A stretch of 64,000 nt of DNA from an uncultured Actinomycetota bacterium. GTDB taxonomy: Bacteria; Actinomycetota; Actinomycetes; Actinomycetales; CAWJMD01. Positions 9,121 through 19,799 of the stretch are shown here, in pieces (positions within the stretch are counted from its first letter, which is position 1; each line of letters starts with the position of its first letter). The translations under genes were made by a program, and so were the position numbers. Below the pieces are notes generated by a model, which did not search any database, was not told the DNA's origin, and was given only the letters and a program-made list of their open reading frames with translations. The stretch lies in contig CAWGTL010000010.1 of the NCBI GenBank assembly GCA_963825505.1, positions 128,080 through 192,079 of the forward strand, in the 5' to 3' direction.

Positions 9121-9429
9121 GTGCCCCCGCTCGTCTGGGTCGACGACTGGCAGCAGCAGTGCTGCGGCGAGCCGTTCTCGGTGGGCTCGCGCGTGACCTG
9201 GGTGCTGCGCCCTGCGACGGGACCGTCGACGACGGGCGTGGTGACCAGGATCAGGACCGCCTGCTGCGCCTACGCGTCCGACCCGGCCAGCACGGACCCC
9301 AGGGTGTTCGCGCCGGTCGCAAGCACGTCGGTCGTGACGGACGTCCAGGATGCCGACGCCTGGTACGAGGCACCGGAACCGCTGCAGCTCAACGGTTTCC
9401 TGGTCGACCTCCAACCGGTGGCAGGATGA
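9121..9429 (+). CDS. Hypothetical protein with a W-x3-CCG-x-F motif (possibly a DUF6578-type actinobacterial family)
   Basis: 102-aa ORF starting 3 nt after the csrA stop. Contains VWVDDWQQQCCGEPFSVGSRVTW. No function recognised. Confidence 0.45.
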   Translation: MPPLVWVDDWQQQCCGEPFSVGSRVTWVLRPATGPSTTGVVTRIRTACCAYASDPASTDPRVFAPVASTSVVTDVQDADAWYEAPEPLQLNGFLVDLQPVAG

Positions 9430-9433
9430 CCGC

Positions 9434-9736
9434 ATGCTGATCGCCTTCTCCGTCGCCCCGTCCGGTACCGGTGACTCGGTCGCGTCCGCCGTCGCCGACG
9501 CCGTGCGCGTCGTCCGCGACTCCGGGCTGCCGCACCGCACCGACTCGATGTTCACCACCATCGAGGGGGAGTGGGACGAGTGCCTGGACGTCGTCCGCCG
9601 GGCGTGCGAGGCGGTAGGGCAGCACGGCGACCGCGTGTCGCTGGTGCTCAAGGCCGACATCCGTCCAGGGCGCTCGGGGGAGATGCAGGCCAAGCTCGAC
9701 CGGCTCGAGGCGGCGATCGAGGCCGGCGAGGGATGA
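9434..9736 (+). CDS. MTH1187/YkoF-family (DUF77) thiamine-binding-like protein
   Basis: MLIAFSVAPSGTGDSVASAVADAVRVVRDSGLPHRTDSMFTTIEGEWDECLDVV is typical of the MTH1187 family. ATG in the frame of ORF 9350-9736. Confidence 0.75.
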   Translation: MLIAFSVAPSGTGDSVASAVADAVRVVRDSGLPHRTDSMFTTIEGEWDECLDVVRRACEAVGQHGDRVSLVLKADIRPGRSGEMQAKLDRLEAAIEAGEG

Positions 9737-9740
9737 GGCC

Positions 9741-10379
9741 GTGGGCAGCGAGCAGGTGAGCGGCGCGGTCCGGCGGGCGCGCCCTGCCGACGTCCCCGCC
9801 CTCGTCCGCGTGCACCTGACCTGCTGGCGGCAGGCGTACGGCCACCTGCTGAGCGAGCAGTTCCTGGCCAGTCGCGAGGCCGAGGTGGAGCGGCGCGGCC
9901 AGGTGTGGCGCGACGGCATCGCCCGCGGCAACGAGCCGTGGCTCGCCGAGTCGGACGGCGAGGTGGTGGGTCTGGCGCTCGCCGTGGACCCGGACGCACC
10001 GGGTCAGGAGCGTCTGGACTCCCACCTGGCCGACGACCAGCCGGCCGGTCTCGAGCTCGCGATGCTCTACCTGCTCGAGTCGCACCACGGCAGCGGGCTC
10101 GGGCAGCGGCTGCTCGACGCCGCGGTCGGCGACGGCCCTGCATTCCTGTGGGTCGCCGAGGACAACCCGCGCGCCCGCGCGTTCTACTCCCGCAACGGCT
10201 TCCGCTGGGACGGCCTGCAGCGCACCGAGCCCGAGCTTCGAGGACATGGCCGTCGTCCGGCTCGTGCGTCCGTGACCTCCGTCCACCTGGGGCACGGCGT
10301 GTGCCCACAGGCTGGCAAGCCCTCCCGCGCCATCCACAGGATCCGTTGCGGGACAGCGGTTGTCGGTGGTCGCACCTAG
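9741..10379 (+). CDS. GNAT family N-acetyltransferase; the 3' tail is probably frame-shifted near 10239
   Basis: GSGLGQRLLDAAV and AFLWVAEDNPRARAFYSRNGFRWDG are GNAT motifs A/B. A typical C-terminus (EDMAVVRLVRP, stop at 10273-10275) appears in the +1 frame, whereas the called frame runs on as low-complexity sequence. Confidence 0.75.
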   Translation: MGSEQVSGAVRRARPADVPALVRVHLTCWRQAYGHLLSEQFLASREAEVERRGQVWRDGIARGNEPWLAESDGEVVGLALAVDPDAPGQERLDSHLADDQPAGLELAMLYLLESHHGSGLGQRLLDAAVGDGPAFLWVAEDNPRARAFYSRNGFRWDGLQRTEPELRGHGRRPARASVTSVHLGHGVCPQAGKPSRAIHRIRCGTAVVGGRT

Positions 10380-10399
10380 TCTTCGGGTATGGCGGCGGA

Positions 10400-11905
10400 G
10401 GCGGTGGGCGACGGGGTCGGGGCACCCGGCCTTCGCCGCGTCTGGCGCTGATCGAGCAAGATCTCGCCCAGGTCCTGCAGGCCGCGACCTGGTCGCTGTC
10501 GGCCGCCAGGTCGCCGCGCTGATCGTCGGGCTCACCCAGGGCGGCGCGCGCACCGAGGCGGCCCGCGGTGCGGCGCTGCGCGAGTCGATCTGCCGGGAGG
10601 TCCCGGACGCCCGGGGTGAGCAGGGTGCGCGGACGGTGAACCTGCTCAAGGCCCGGTGCCGGGTCTCCGCGCAAGCCGGGCGTCGGCGGACGTGGAGAAC
10701 GCGAAGCTGACCTGCCCCGACACCGGGGCCCTGCGCGAGCTGGGTGCGGCGCTGGCGGCCGGTGCGGTGTCACGCGAGCACCTCGACGTCGCCCGGTGCA
10801 CGTTGAAGCGGCTGCCGGTGCGGGTGGTGCGGGAGCGGCGGGGCGAGGTCGACCACCTGCTGACCGAGCACGCCCGGACCTTCGACCCCGGCGGTGCGGA
10901 CCACCTGCCCGGCACCTGCTGTCGGTGATCACCCCGGACCGGGCGGACCGGTACGACGAGAACGCCCTGGACCGGCGCCACCGTCGGTATCGCGACCGAC
11001 CAGACCGGGATGGTCCTGCTCAGCGGCCAGCTCGACCAGGCCGGCGGGCTGACCGTGCGCGACCGTGCTGGACCACTTCGTCGAGAAGGACCGCGCCGCC
11101 GCGACCGACACCGACCCAGCCGCCGCCGACCGCGCGGACGGCGCGCTGATCCTGCGGCGGACGTGCGGACCCGGGGTCAGCGCCGAGCCGACGCCCTGGT
11201 CCAGATGGCCCGCGCCGCGGCCGAGCACGACGGCATCGGCTCGTGCCGGCCCGGGCGGTGTCCCGCGGGTCGTGGTCGTCACCACCCCGGACCAGCTCGC
11301 CGGCGCCGAAGGTGCAGGCGCCGCCACGACCACCGACGGCGACCTGGTCGACCGCGGCGCACTGACGCGGATCGCGTGCGACGCCGTCATCGACCGCGTC
11401 GTCCTGGACACGGCCGGTCGGGTGCTGGCGATGGACACCCTCGGCCGGCTCGCCACCGCCGCCCAGCAGACCGCCCTGGCCGCCCGCGACCGCGGCTGCG
11501 TCTGGCCGGGCTGCACCACCCCGCCCTCGCTGTGCGAGGCCCACCACGTGACCTGGTGGTCCCGCGGCGGCCCCACCACCCTCGACAACCTCGCGCTGCT
11601 CTGCCACCGCCACCACAGCCAGATCCACGCCCAACCCGACGACACGACCGACGGGCGACGGCTGGGTGATGGTGATGCGCGACGGCGTCCCGTGGTTCCG
11701 ACCACCCGACCGGCTCGACCCCGACCGCCGGTTGCGGCGCAACACCTTCCACCAGACCGTCCAGGCCACCCGCGCCACCGGCCTGCGCTGGCGCACGCCC
11801 GCTGCCGAGGACGATCCCGACTCCGCCCTGACGCCCGCGGACGCCCGGCTCAGTCCAGCGTGGTCGAGCCGGTCTGCTCGAGGGACGCGACGTCGAGGAG
11901 GGTGA
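10400..11905 (+). pseudogene. Degraded DUF222 / HNH endonuclease (13E12-repeat type) gene, about 8 frame breaks
   Basis: Family segments are scattered over all three + frames. They are ALRELGAALAAGAVSREHLDVARCTLKRLP; RHLLSVITPDRADRYDENALDRR; TVGIATDQTGMVLLSGQLD; DVRTRGQRRADALVQMARAAAEH; RDRGCVWPGCTTPPSLCEAHHVTWWSRGGPTTLDNLALLCHRHHSQIH; and GWVMVMRDGVPWFRPPDRLDPDRRLRRNTFH. Confidence 0.8.
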
Positions 11906-13961
11906 GCTCGGTGCCCTGCTCGCCGCCCGACAGCACGGCCACCGAGTCGCCGACGGGCATCGCCCGCACGAGCCACCGGTAGCCCTGGCCGGAGAGGTCG
12001 AACCGGCCGGCGTCGGCGAGCGTGCCGTCGTCGCCCACCCGGAACGCCTGCACCACAGCGGTTCCCATCGTGTCCATCGGCATCAGCACGGTGCGCTGCT
12101 CGGGGAGGTACGAGAACTGGCGGGAGTCGCCCTCGACGGCGGTCCACGTGTTCGCCTCGGTCCAGGTGTCCACCTGGGTGGGTGCGGCAGGGTCGGAGAC
12201 GTCGAAGGTCTGCACCAGCACGCCGGTGAGCATCCCCGAGTCCGTGGCGTCCTGGCCCACCCCGACCAGTCGACCGTCGCCGACCGGGTGCAGGTAGGCC
12301 GAGTACCCGGGCACCTTGAGCTCGCCGGTCACGGTGGGCGCGGCCGGGTCGGACAGGTCCACGACGTACAGCGGGTCGGTCTGCCGGAAGGTCACCACGA
12401 TCGCGACGTCGTCGAACCAGCGCACCGCGCGGATCGTCTCGCCCTTGCCGAGGCCGCCGACCCGACCCTCCTGCACCAGGTCGCCGTCCCGCTCCTCGAG
12501 CACGGTCACGAAGCTCTCGGACGGCGGCTGCTGGCCGTCCACCCCCCACATCTGCCCGACGGTCGTCGCCACCCGCAGCCGGCCGTCGCGCGCCGACATC
12601 GCCCAGCGTCCGAGCAGCACACCGTCGACCTCGCCCGAGGCCAGGTAGGTGGTGTCCGAGCCGTCGTCGATCGCGAAGCCGTGGAGCTCGGTGGTCGGGT
12701 CCTCGACCTGCGGGGCGTCACCGCGCAGGCCGGTCCAGAACGACCAGCCGCCACGGGTGGTCGCCACGTACAGCCGGTCTGCGCTGGCGTAGACGAGCTC
12801 CCCGTCGGTCGCGACGGACGTGCGGTCCACGACCGGGTCCGAGCCGGAGGCCAGGTCGAGCGAGCGGACGGTGAGCATCCCCGCGCCGGCGTCCGTCGTC
12901 GGGTGGGCGACCTCGGAGCAGGCCACGGCCGGCGCGCGGCCGACGACCGCACCGTCGGCGTCCCGGGTGATCTGCTCGGGCAGGAACTGCTCGCCGTTCA
13001 TCCGCACCAGTGCGAGCAGGTTCGCCTCGGTCGCCTCCGCCTCCCAGCCGGAGTCGAAGCCGCCGCCCGGCAGCACCGGCAGGTCGGCGGGCCGGTCCAG
13101 CGTCGGGGTCGAGGTCGTCACCACGCGCACGACGCCACCGCTCAGGCGGGCGCCGACCAGAGTCCCCTCCACCTCCTGCTGCGACACCAGCCGGGGCGAC
13201 CCGGGGTCGCTGACGTCGACCACCGTCGTCGTCGTGGTCGGCGAGCCGATCGGACCCGGCCAGATCGACAGGTCCTCGGTCGCGCCCGACCGGCCCTGGC
13301 CCTGCCCCGTCTCCTCGAGCCACGCCGAGGACAGCAGCAGGACGCGGTCGCCGTCGAGGAGCAGCTCGGCACCGCCGGGCTGCGCGGGACCCTGGTCCTG
13401 CACCGGCTCGCCGCCCCACCCGCGGGACGCAGCCGCGAGGGCCGGGACCTCCAGCGAACCGAGCTCGCGCGGCTCCTCGCCCGTGACGTCGAGGACGACG
13501 AGCCGGTCGCCGACGGTCGTGTACACGCGTCCGTCGGACGTCTTCATCACGTCGGGCTCGTCGACGCCCGCCTCCTGCAGGTTGGTGCCCGTGGCGCCGT
13601 TGCCCACCGCACCGTCCGACGACTGCGGAGCGGCGTCCTCGCTCGCGGCGCGCTCGGCGCCGCCCGCGGAGTCCATGGCGTACCCGAAGCCGCCCAGCCC
13701 GTACGGCCCGACGAGGGGCCGGAGCGCGTCGACGTACCACGTGCGCAGGTCGTCGCAGCCGTCGAAGGAGCGCAGCCCGTCGGCCGCCGCGGGGGCAGTG
13801 GTCGGTCCGAACGCACCGGTGGCGACGGCGGCCGTCGCCGCGGTCAGGACCGCCACCGCGGCGACCCGGACGGCCCCGCGCCGGCGCCCGGTGGGCCTGC
13901 GCGTGCCGGGGGAACCGGCACCCGGAGGGGTCGGGGGGACGGGGGCGGGAGTGACGTCCAT
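11850..13961 (-). CDS. Secreted beta-propeller domain protein (PF09826-like), Tat-type signal
   Basis: AIVVTFRQTDPLYVVDLSDPAAPTVTGELKVPGYSAYLHPVGDGRLVGVGQD signature. N-terminal RRRGAVRVAAVAVLTAATAAVATGA. ATG 13961 has GAGG upstream; the GTG at 14024 is an alternative start. Confidence 0.8.
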   Translation of the reverse strand: MDVTPAPVPPTPPGAGSPGTRRPTGRRRGAVRVAAVAVLTAATAAVATGAFGPTTAPAAADGLRSFDGCDDLRTWYVDALRPLVGPYGLGGFGYAMDSAGGAERAASEDAAPQSSDGAVGNGATGTNLQEAGVDEPDVMKTSDGRVYTTVGDRLVVLDVTGEEPRELGSLEVPALAAASRGWGGEPVQDQGPAQPGGAELLLDGDRVLLLSSAWLEETGQGQGRSGATEDLSIWPGPIGSPTTTTTVVDVSDPGSPRLVSQQEVEGTLVGARLSGGVVRVVTTSTPTLDRPADLPVLPGGGFDSGWEAEATEANLLALVRMNGEQFLPEQITRDADGAVVGRAPAVACSEVAHPTTDAGAGMLTVRSLDLASGSDPVVDRTSVATDGELVYASADRLYVATTRGGWSFWTGLRGDAPQVEDPTTELHGFAIDDGSDTTYLASGEVDGVLLGRWAMSARDGRLRVATTVGQMWGVDGQQPPSESFVTVLEERDGDLVQEGRVGGLGKGETIRAVRWFDDVAIVVTFRQTDPLYVVDLSDPAAPTVTGELKVPGYSAYLHPVGDGRLVGVGQDATDSGMLTGVLVQTFDVSDPAAPTQVDTWTEANTWTAVEGDSRQFSYLPEQRTVLMPMDTMGTAVVQAFRVGDDGTLADAGRFDLSGQGYRWLVRAMPVGDSVAVLSGGEQGTELTLLDVASLEQTGSTTLD

Positions 13962-14087
13962 GGCTGCGCCTCGCTGCTCGGACCGGTCGCGCCGGTCGGT
14001 TCGTGCGGGTGTGACGCCGCCCACGTCGTCCTGGTTCCCTCCACGTCACGGGTCCGCACCGATTGGGGTCTGCCCGGGGTCGCGCCT

Positions 14088-14840
14088 ATGGTGGAACGGC
14101 TGCTGTACGCCGGGGGTGGAGCTGAAGGAGACCGATTCGTGCTGGTTCGACGTGCCCTCGTGGCCCTGGTCGCGTTGCTCGGCGTCGCCGCGCTCGTGGT
14201 GGGCATCGGGATGCGCACGGTGTGGCTGCCGGCGGACACCGCCACGGCGACGACCGACCTGTCCGACGGGCCGGTGGCCCTCACCGCCCCGGGGGTGATG
14301 GAGATGCGCGCCGGACCGGTCACCGCGACCCTCACCGGCGACGGCACCCTGCACCTGGCGCGGATGCGCGAAGCCGATGCGCAGGCCTGGGTCGGCGCCG
14401 CGGGCCACACCACGATCACCGGTCTGTCCGACGCCGACACGCTCAGCACCGACGTCGCCGAGGGCGAGCCCACCGTGCCCGACCCGGCCGGCTCGGTCAT
14501 GTGGCTGGACAGCGAGTCCGGCGAGGACGAGGTCACCTTCACCTGGGAGGACCGGCCCGGACGGTTCCTGCTCGTGGCCGCGGGGGACGGCACCAAGGTC
14601 CCGCAGCAGCTCACCCTGACCTGGCCGGTCGAGGTCACCACGCCGTGGAGCACTCCGCTGATCGCCCTCGGGATCCTGCTCCTGCTGGCCGCCGTGGGTC
14701 TCGCCCTGGTGCTGCTGCGGCGGCCGTCGCGCCACGGCCGCCGGACCAAGCGCGACGCGGCAGCCGCCCGCGCGGGTGGCGGCGACCCCGCGACGGCGGC
14801 GACAGGACCCAGCACGCGCTCCGAGGAGGCACGGCCATGA
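14088..14840 (+). CDS. Hypothetical membrane protein (N- and C-terminal TM segments)
   Basis: 3' part of ORF 12288-14840 with ATG 14088. TM segments LVALVALLGVAALVVGIGM and LIALGILLLLAAVGLALVLL. Stop overlaps the next start (ATGA). Confidence 0.55.
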   Translation: MVERLLYAGGGAEGDRFVLVRRALVALVALLGVAALVVGIGMRTVWLPADTATATTDLSDGPVALTAPGVMEMRAGPVTATLTGDGTLHLARMREADAQAWVGAAGHTTITGLSDADTLSTDVAEGEPTVPDPAGSVMWLDSESGEDEVTFTWEDRPGRFLLVAAGDGTKVPQQLTLTWPVEVTTPWSTPLIALGILLLLAAVGLALVLLRRPSRHGRRTKRDAAAARAGGGDPATAATGPSTRSEEARP

Positions 14841-15862
14841 CGCGGCGCACCGCAACCATCCGACCCGCCCGGCTCAAGGTCGGCGCGCTCGGACTGACCG
14901 CGCTCGCTCTCGTGGCGGCCTGCGCGGCCGACCCGCTGCCAGAGCCCCTGCCGCATCCGAGCGACGAGGTGGTGCCCGTCGCCACCGACGCCCAGCTCGA
15001 CGCCTCGCTCACGGCGATCGGTGAGGCCCTCGCGGCAGGCGACGCAGCAGCGGACCAGCGCCTGCTCGCTCCGTCGGTCACCGGTGCGGCGTTGGCCCAG
15101 CGCACGGGCGCGTACGTCGTCGAGCGCCGTGACGCGTCGCTCGACCTCGCCGTACCCCTCGGCACCGAGCGTCTCCAGGACGTCGTCCCGGCCGAGCAGG
15201 AGTGGCCGCGCTCCGTCGTCACCGTCACGCGGCAGTCGGAGGACGACCAGGCACCGGACCTGCTCGTGCTCACTCAGGCCACGGCTCGCGACCCGTACCA
15301 GCTGGTGGCCTACACGGAGATGGCGGGCGGCGCCACGTTGCCGCTCACCGGGGGCACGGACCAGGGTGTCCCGGCGCTCGACCCGACGGCTGGCGGCCTG
15401 CTGCGCGAACCGGCGACCGCGTTGGCCGCCTACGCCGACGTGCTCACGAAGGGAACAGCCAGCGCCAGTGCGACGCTGTTCGAGGAGAACGCCTTCACGA
15501 CTGACGTGCTCGCGGTGCAGGACACCACCCGCAAGGCGCTCAGTGTCGACTGCGCCCGATGTTTCACCTACGGCGCCTCGCACCTGCCGCAGGACGGCCA
15601 GATCTGGTCGTACGGGACCGAGGACGGCGGAGCACTGGTCGTCGGCGTGATGACGGCGACCATGAGCATCAAGGCCAACAAGGGCTACAAGATGAACCTG
15701 CAGGCCGAGTTCAAGGCGGTCTCGGGGAAGAGCCAGATCACCAAGGCCGGTGTGTTCACGCACATCGAGGTGGTCGCGCTGTACGTCCCGCCGGAGGGCG
15801 GCGGCGACACCGTGCAGGTGCTCGCGGTCGACCGCGTGCCCACCTCCGGCACGGTGTCCTGA
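14837..15862 (+). CDS. Putative lipoprotein
   Basis: MTRRTATIRPARLKVGALGLTALALVAAC contains a lipobox (LVAAC). Translationally coupled to the upstream membrane protein. Confidence 0.6.
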   Translation: MTRRTATIRPARLKVGALGLTALALVAACAADPLPEPLPHPSDEVVPVATDAQLDASLTAIGEALAAGDAAADQRLLAPSVTGAALAQRTGAYVVERRDASLDLAVPLGTERLQDVVPAEQEWPRSVVTVTRQSEDDQAPDLLVLTQATARDPYQLVAYTEMAGGATLPLTGGTDQGVPALDPTAGGLLREPATALAAYADVLTKGTASASATLFEENAFTTDVLAVQDTTRKALSVDCARCFTYGASHLPQDGQIWSYGTEDGGALVVGVMTATMSIKANKGYKMNLQAEFKAVSGKSQITKAGVFTHIEVVALYVPPEGGGDTVQVLAVDRVPTSGTVS

Positions 15863-15909
15863 TCCCACGTGCTGAACCCCTCCGACCACTGACACGAGAG
15901 CGAGCCCCG

Positions 15910-16896
15910 ATGTCCCAGCAGCCCGGTGCGCACCCCGCCGCGACCAGCGGTCTGAACGTGCGAGGCGCGGTCGACCTGTCCGCCCTGCGCCGGCCGCAGC
16001 AGACGCAGCCCGGGTCGCCGGCCGGGGCGCCAGGCGCCCCTCCCGCCGGTGGCGGTCCGTCGCTGCCGACCCCGGTGCTCGACGTCACGGTCTCCACGTT
16101 CGAGCGGGTCGTCCAGCTGTCCACCACCGTCCCGGTGGTCGTCGACCTCTGGACGCCGAGATCGCCTGCCAGCCAGCAGTTCTCGGCCTCGATGGCTGGC
16201 ATCGCCGTCGAGCTCGACGGGCGCCTGCTGCTTGCGCGTGTCGACGTCGACGCCGAGCCGCAGATCGCGCAGGCGTTCGGTGTGCAGCAGGTGCCGGCCG
16301 TGATGGCCGTCATCGCGGGCCAGCCGGTGCCGCTGTTCGAGGGCGCCGCCACCGACGCGCAGGTGCGCCAGGTGTTCGACCAGCTGCTCGCGCTGGCCGC
16401 CCAGCAGGGCGTGACGGGCCGGCTCACGATCACCGGTGACGGCGCCGATGCGCCCGCCGACGACGAGTCCGAGGAGCCGCCGCTCCCGCCGCTGCACCAG
16501 GAGGCGTTCGACGCGATCGAGCGCGACGACCTCGACGGTGCCGAGTCGGCCTACCGTCGCGCGCTCGCGGAGAACCCCCGCGACGCCGAGGCGACGGCCG
16601 GCCTGGCACAGGTCGGGCTGATGCGCCGCACCAAGGACGCAGACCTCGCCGCCGCCCGGGAGGCCGCCGCGTCCGACCCCGACGACGTCGACGCCGCCCT
16701 CCTCGTGGCCGACCTCGACGTCCTCGGCGGCCACGTCGAGGACGCCTTCGTCCGACTGGTCGAGGCCGTGCGCCGCACCTCGGGCGACGAGCGCGAGCGG
16801 GTGCGGGTCCGGCTGGTGGAGCTGTTCGACGTCGTCGGCGGCGACGACCCGCGGGTGCTCGCCGCCCGCCGGGCCCTCGCCAGCGCCCTCTTCTAG
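15910..16896 (+). CDS. Thioredoxin-domain / TPR co-chaperone, YbbN-like (Rv1324-like)
   Basis: Thioredoxin fold without CxxC ([16 protein letters not shown]), then TPR-like [33 protein letters not shown]. Placed next to glgB, as in mycobacteria. Confidence 0.75.
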   Translation: MSQQPGAHPAATSGLNVRGAVDLSALRRPQQTQPGSPAGAPGAPPAGGGPSLPTPVLDVTVSTFERVVQLSTTVPVVVDLWTPRSPASQQFSASMAGIAVELDGRLLLARVDVDAEPQIAQAFGVQQVPAVMAVIAGQPVPLFEGAATDAQVRQVFDQLLALAAQQGVTGRLTITGDGADAPADDESEEPPLPPLHQEAFDAIERDDLDGAESAYRRALAENPRDAEATAGLAQVGLMRRTKDADLAAAREAAASDPDDVDAALLVADLDVLGGHVEDAFVRLVEAVRRTSGDERERVRVRLVELFDVVGGDDPRVLAARRALASALF

Positions 16897-19211
16897 GCCT
16901 TCTCGGCGCCCGTCGGCGCCGTCGTCACCGGCTCGACGGCCGGTGCCGACGCGGGCGCGGCCGACGGTGCGGCCTCGTCCAGCACGTCCTCGATCTGCTT
17001 CTGCGCCAACGGCTCTGCCGGCCGCAGCCAGACCGCACCGAGCGGCGGGACGCTGATCGTCACGGACGCGGGGCGTCCGTGCCAGGAGGTCTCCTCGGCA
17101 TCGACGCCGCCGAGGTTCCCCACGCCCGAGCCGCCGTAGACCTCGGCGTCGGAGTTGAGCACCTCGTCCCAGCGCCCGGCGCGCGGCAGGCCGATCCGGT
17201 AGCCGTGGTGCGGGGTGCCGGCGAAGTTGACGACGCACACCAGGGGCTCGCCCGCGCCGTCCTTGCGCTCGAACGAGAACGTGTTGTGCAGCGTGTCGTT
17301 GGCGTCGATCCACTCGAACCCGGACGGGTCGTGGTCGTGCTCCCACAGAGCGGGGGTCTCGCGGTAGACCCGGTTGAGGTCGGTCACCATGTGCTGCAGG
17401 CCGGCGTGCACCGGCTGGTCGAGCAGCCACCAGTCGAGGCTGCGGCTCTCGGCCCACTCCGACTCCTGGCCGAACTCGCAGCCCATGAAGAGCAGCTGCT
17501 TGCCGGGGTGCGCCCACATGTACGCGAGGAAGGCGCGAAGGTTGGCGAGCTGCTGCCACCGGTCGCCCGGCATCTTGCGCAGCAGCGAGCCCTTGCCGTG
17601 CACGACCTCGTCGTGGCTGATCGGCAGCATGAAGGCCTCGGAGTACGCGTACATGAGGGAGAACGTCATCCGGTGGTGGTGGTACTGCCGGTGGACGGGG
17701 TCCTCGCGCAGGTAGCCGAGGCTGTCGTTCATCCAGCCCATGTTCCACTTCAGCCCGAAGCCGAGGCCGCCGACGTGCGTCGCCTGGGTGACGCCGGGCC
17801 ACGACGTGGACTCCTCGGCCACCATGACGATGCCGGGCACCCGCTTGTAGGCGGTGGCGTTGACCTCCTGCAGCAGCTCGACCGCCTCGAGGTTCTCCCG
17901 TCCGCCGTAGCGGTTGGGCTCCCACTCGCCCTCCTTGCGGGAGTAGTCGAGGTAGAGCATCGAGGCCACGCCGTCGACGCGCAGACCGTCGGCGTGGAAC
18001 TCCTCGAGCCAGTAGACCGCGTTGGCGACCAGGAAGTTGCGCACCTCCTTGCGGCCGAAGTCGAAGACGTACGAACCCCACTCGGCGTGCCAGCCCTTGC
18101 GCGGGTCGGCGTGCTCGTAGAGCGCCTCGCCGTCGAACTTCGCCAGCGCCCAGGCGTCGGTGGCGAAGTGACCGGGGACCCAGTCGAGGATGACGCCGAT
18201 GCCGGCCTGGTGGAGTCGGTCGACGAGGTAGCGGAAGTCGTCGGGGTGCCCGAACCGCGAGGTCGGCGCGAAGTACCCGGTGACGTGGTACCCCCACGAG
18301 CCGCCGAAGGGGTGCTCCATCACCGGCATCAGCTCGACGTGGGTGAACCCGGTGTGCAGGACGTGGCCGACGAGCTGGTCGGCGATCTCCCGGTACGACA
18401 GCCCCTGCCGCCACGACCCGAGGTGCACCTCGTACACGCTCATCGGCCCCGAGTGCGGGTCGCGCTGCGCACGGGCGGTCATGTACGCGTCGTCGCCCCA
18501 GGTGTAGCTGCTCTCGACCACGCGCGAGGCGTTGGCCGGCGGGACGTCGGTGCCCTGAGCCATCGGGTCGGAGCGGGTGCGCCACTCGCCGTCGCGGCCC
18601 AGGATCTCGTAGCGGTAGTGCGTGCCGGCGCCGATGCCGGGGACGAACAGCTCCCACACCCCGGACGCTCCGAGCGAGCGCAGCTGGTGCTGCCGGCCGT
18701 CCCAGTGGTTGGCGTCGCAGACCAGCCGGACGGCCTGCGCGCGCGGCGCCCAGACCGCGAACGAGGTGCCGTGCACCTCGCCCATCTGGCCCGGGTACCG
18801 GCGGACGTGGGCGCCCAGCACGGTCCACAGCTGCTCGTGCCGGCCCTCGGCGATCAGGTGCCGGTCGACCTCGCCGAGCGTGGGCAGGAAGCGGTACGGG
18901 TCGTCGACCAGCACGGCGGCGTGGCCGGCGTAGGCGACCTCGATCCGGTAGTCGGTGACCTCGGCGACGGGCAGCGCCCCTGCCCACACCCCGTGCGCCT
19001 CGTGCGCGAGGGCGTGCCGGCTCCCGTCCGGGAGCACGGCCGCGACCGCCTCGGCCAGCGGCCGCAGCGTGCGGACGGTCACCCCGCCGTCGTGCGGGTG
19101 GGCACCCAGGACGGCGTGGGGTGTGGCGTGCGCGCCCGCACCGAGGCGGGCGAGGTCGTCGGGGTCGGCAGGAAGGACGGCGGGCGGCGTCGCGGCGTCG
19201 GTGGACCTCAT
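16893..19211 (-). CDS. glgB: 1,4-alpha-glucan branching enzyme GlgB (GH13)
   Basis: 772-aa ORF with [28 protein letters not shown] and [15 protein letters not shown] motifs. Confidence 0.95.
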   Translation of the reverse strand: MRSTDAATPPAVLPADPDDLARLGAGAHATPHAVLGAHPHDGGVTVRTLRPLAEAVAAVLPDGSRHALAHEAHGVWAGALPVAEVTDYRIEVAYAGHAAVLVDDPYRFLPTLGEVDRHLIAEGRHEQLWTVLGAHVRRYPGQMGEVHGTSFAVWAPRAQAVRLVCDANHWDGRQHQLRSLGASGVWELFVPGIGAGTHYRYEILGRDGEWRTRSDPMAQGTDVPPANASRVVESSYTWGDDAYMTARAQRDPHSGPMSVYEVHLGSWRQGLSYREIADQLVGHVLHTGFTHVELMPVMEHPFGGSWGYHVTGYFAPTSRFGHPDDFRYLVDRLHQAGIGVILDWVPGHFATDAWALAKFDGEALYEHADPRKGWHAEWGSYVFDFGRKEVRNFLVANAVYWLEEFHADGLRVDGVASMLYLDYSRKEGEWEPNRYGGRENLEAVELLQEVNATAYKRVPGIVMVAEESTSWPGVTQATHVGGLGFGLKWNMGWMNDSLGYLREDPVHRQYHHHRMTFSLMYAYSEAFMLPISHDEVVHGKGSLLRKMPGDRWQQLANLRAFLAYMWAHPGKQLLFMGCEFGQESEWAESRSLDWWLLDQPVHAGLQHMVTDLNRVYRETPALWEHDHDPSGFEWIDANDTLHNTFSFERKDGAGEPLVCVVNFAGTPHHGYRIGLPRAGRWDEVLNSDAEVYGGSGVGNLGGVDAEETSWHGRPASVTISVPPLGAVWLRPAEPLAQKQIEDVLDEAAPSAAPASAPAVEPVTTAPTGAEKA

Positions 19212-19628
19212 CCCGCCAGTCTGTCGCGGCCGGTCCCCGCGCGCGAGCGAGCCCCCCGCCCGGACGCTTCGTGCAGGTCCGCGGGCGCCGACGTGGCAAC
19301 CGGAGAACTTGATAGGCCGGTCGGAGGGTTGTCACCCCGTTCCGGTGACGTTGCGTGACCCGGTTCCTGGGGCGAACTCCGATCACTGTGAGTGACCGAG
19401 TGCGGGAAGGAGATCGGCGCTCTCACGGAACGAACCGGACATCCGAAGGCCGTTGCCGTGACTGAGCGCGACGGACTGAAAGGGGTCGGCGGGCCGGCGA
19501 CCGAGGAGCTCGTGAGCCGGGCGGGCGGAAGTCCGCAGCCGGACCGCCGGACGTGCCGATGGACCGGTGTCATAGAACACGTGCCGGACGAGGGGTCCGG
19601 CGGGGGAAGATCAAGGGGAGGTCAAGAG

Positions 19629-19727
19629 ATGGCTCAGTGGATGCAACGGACCCTCGCCGCATCGGCGTCGGTGACCACCGTGGCGGTCCTGGTGTCGATG
19701 GTCGGCGCCGGCTCGAAGTGGTGGTGA
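19629..19727 (+). CDS. Candidate 32-aa hydrophobic peptide MAQWMQRTLAASASVTTVAVLVSMVGAGSKWW
   Basis: Strong SD AAGGGGAGG 8 nt before the ATG. About 90% G/C at third codon positions. Followed by a 9-bp-stem hairpin. No homologue recognised. Confidence 0.35.
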   Translation: MAQWMQRTLAASASVTTVAVLVSMVGAGSKWW

Positions 19728-19776
19728 GCGCGATGTGCGCAGCAGGGCAGCCGGAGCGGCAGGGTTCCGGCGTCGA

Positions 19777-19799
19777 GCAGGTCGTCGAGCACGACCTGC
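19777..19799 (+). terminator. Perfect 9-bp stem hairpin GCAGGTCGT-CGAGC-ACGACCTGC between the small ORF and the GGDEF-EAL gene
   Basis: Read directly. No U-tract follows, so it could be an attenuator or processing structure rather than a classical terminator. Confidence 0.3.

Noticed and set aside
15685-19386. 1233-aa minus-strand ORF overlapping glgB in another frame, and the 759-aa plus-strand ORF 17079-19358.
   Set aside because: Arg/Gly/Pro-rich nonsense translations. glgB (16893-19211, minus) carries all GH13 branching-enzyme motifs.
19527-19535. GGAAGTCCG string and nearby CATAGAACACG, reminiscent of RNase P RNA conserved regions. A ydaO-type (c-di-AMP) riboswitch was also considered for 19380-19610.
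   Set aside because: The remaining RNase P core (the GAGGAAAGUCCGGGC context, the P4 partner, the ACAGAA... elements) is missing. The ydaO hallmarks (GGGGUGAAUC and CAGCU.ACCUCGUA type blocks) are also missing. The region is too short and the order of elements is wrong.
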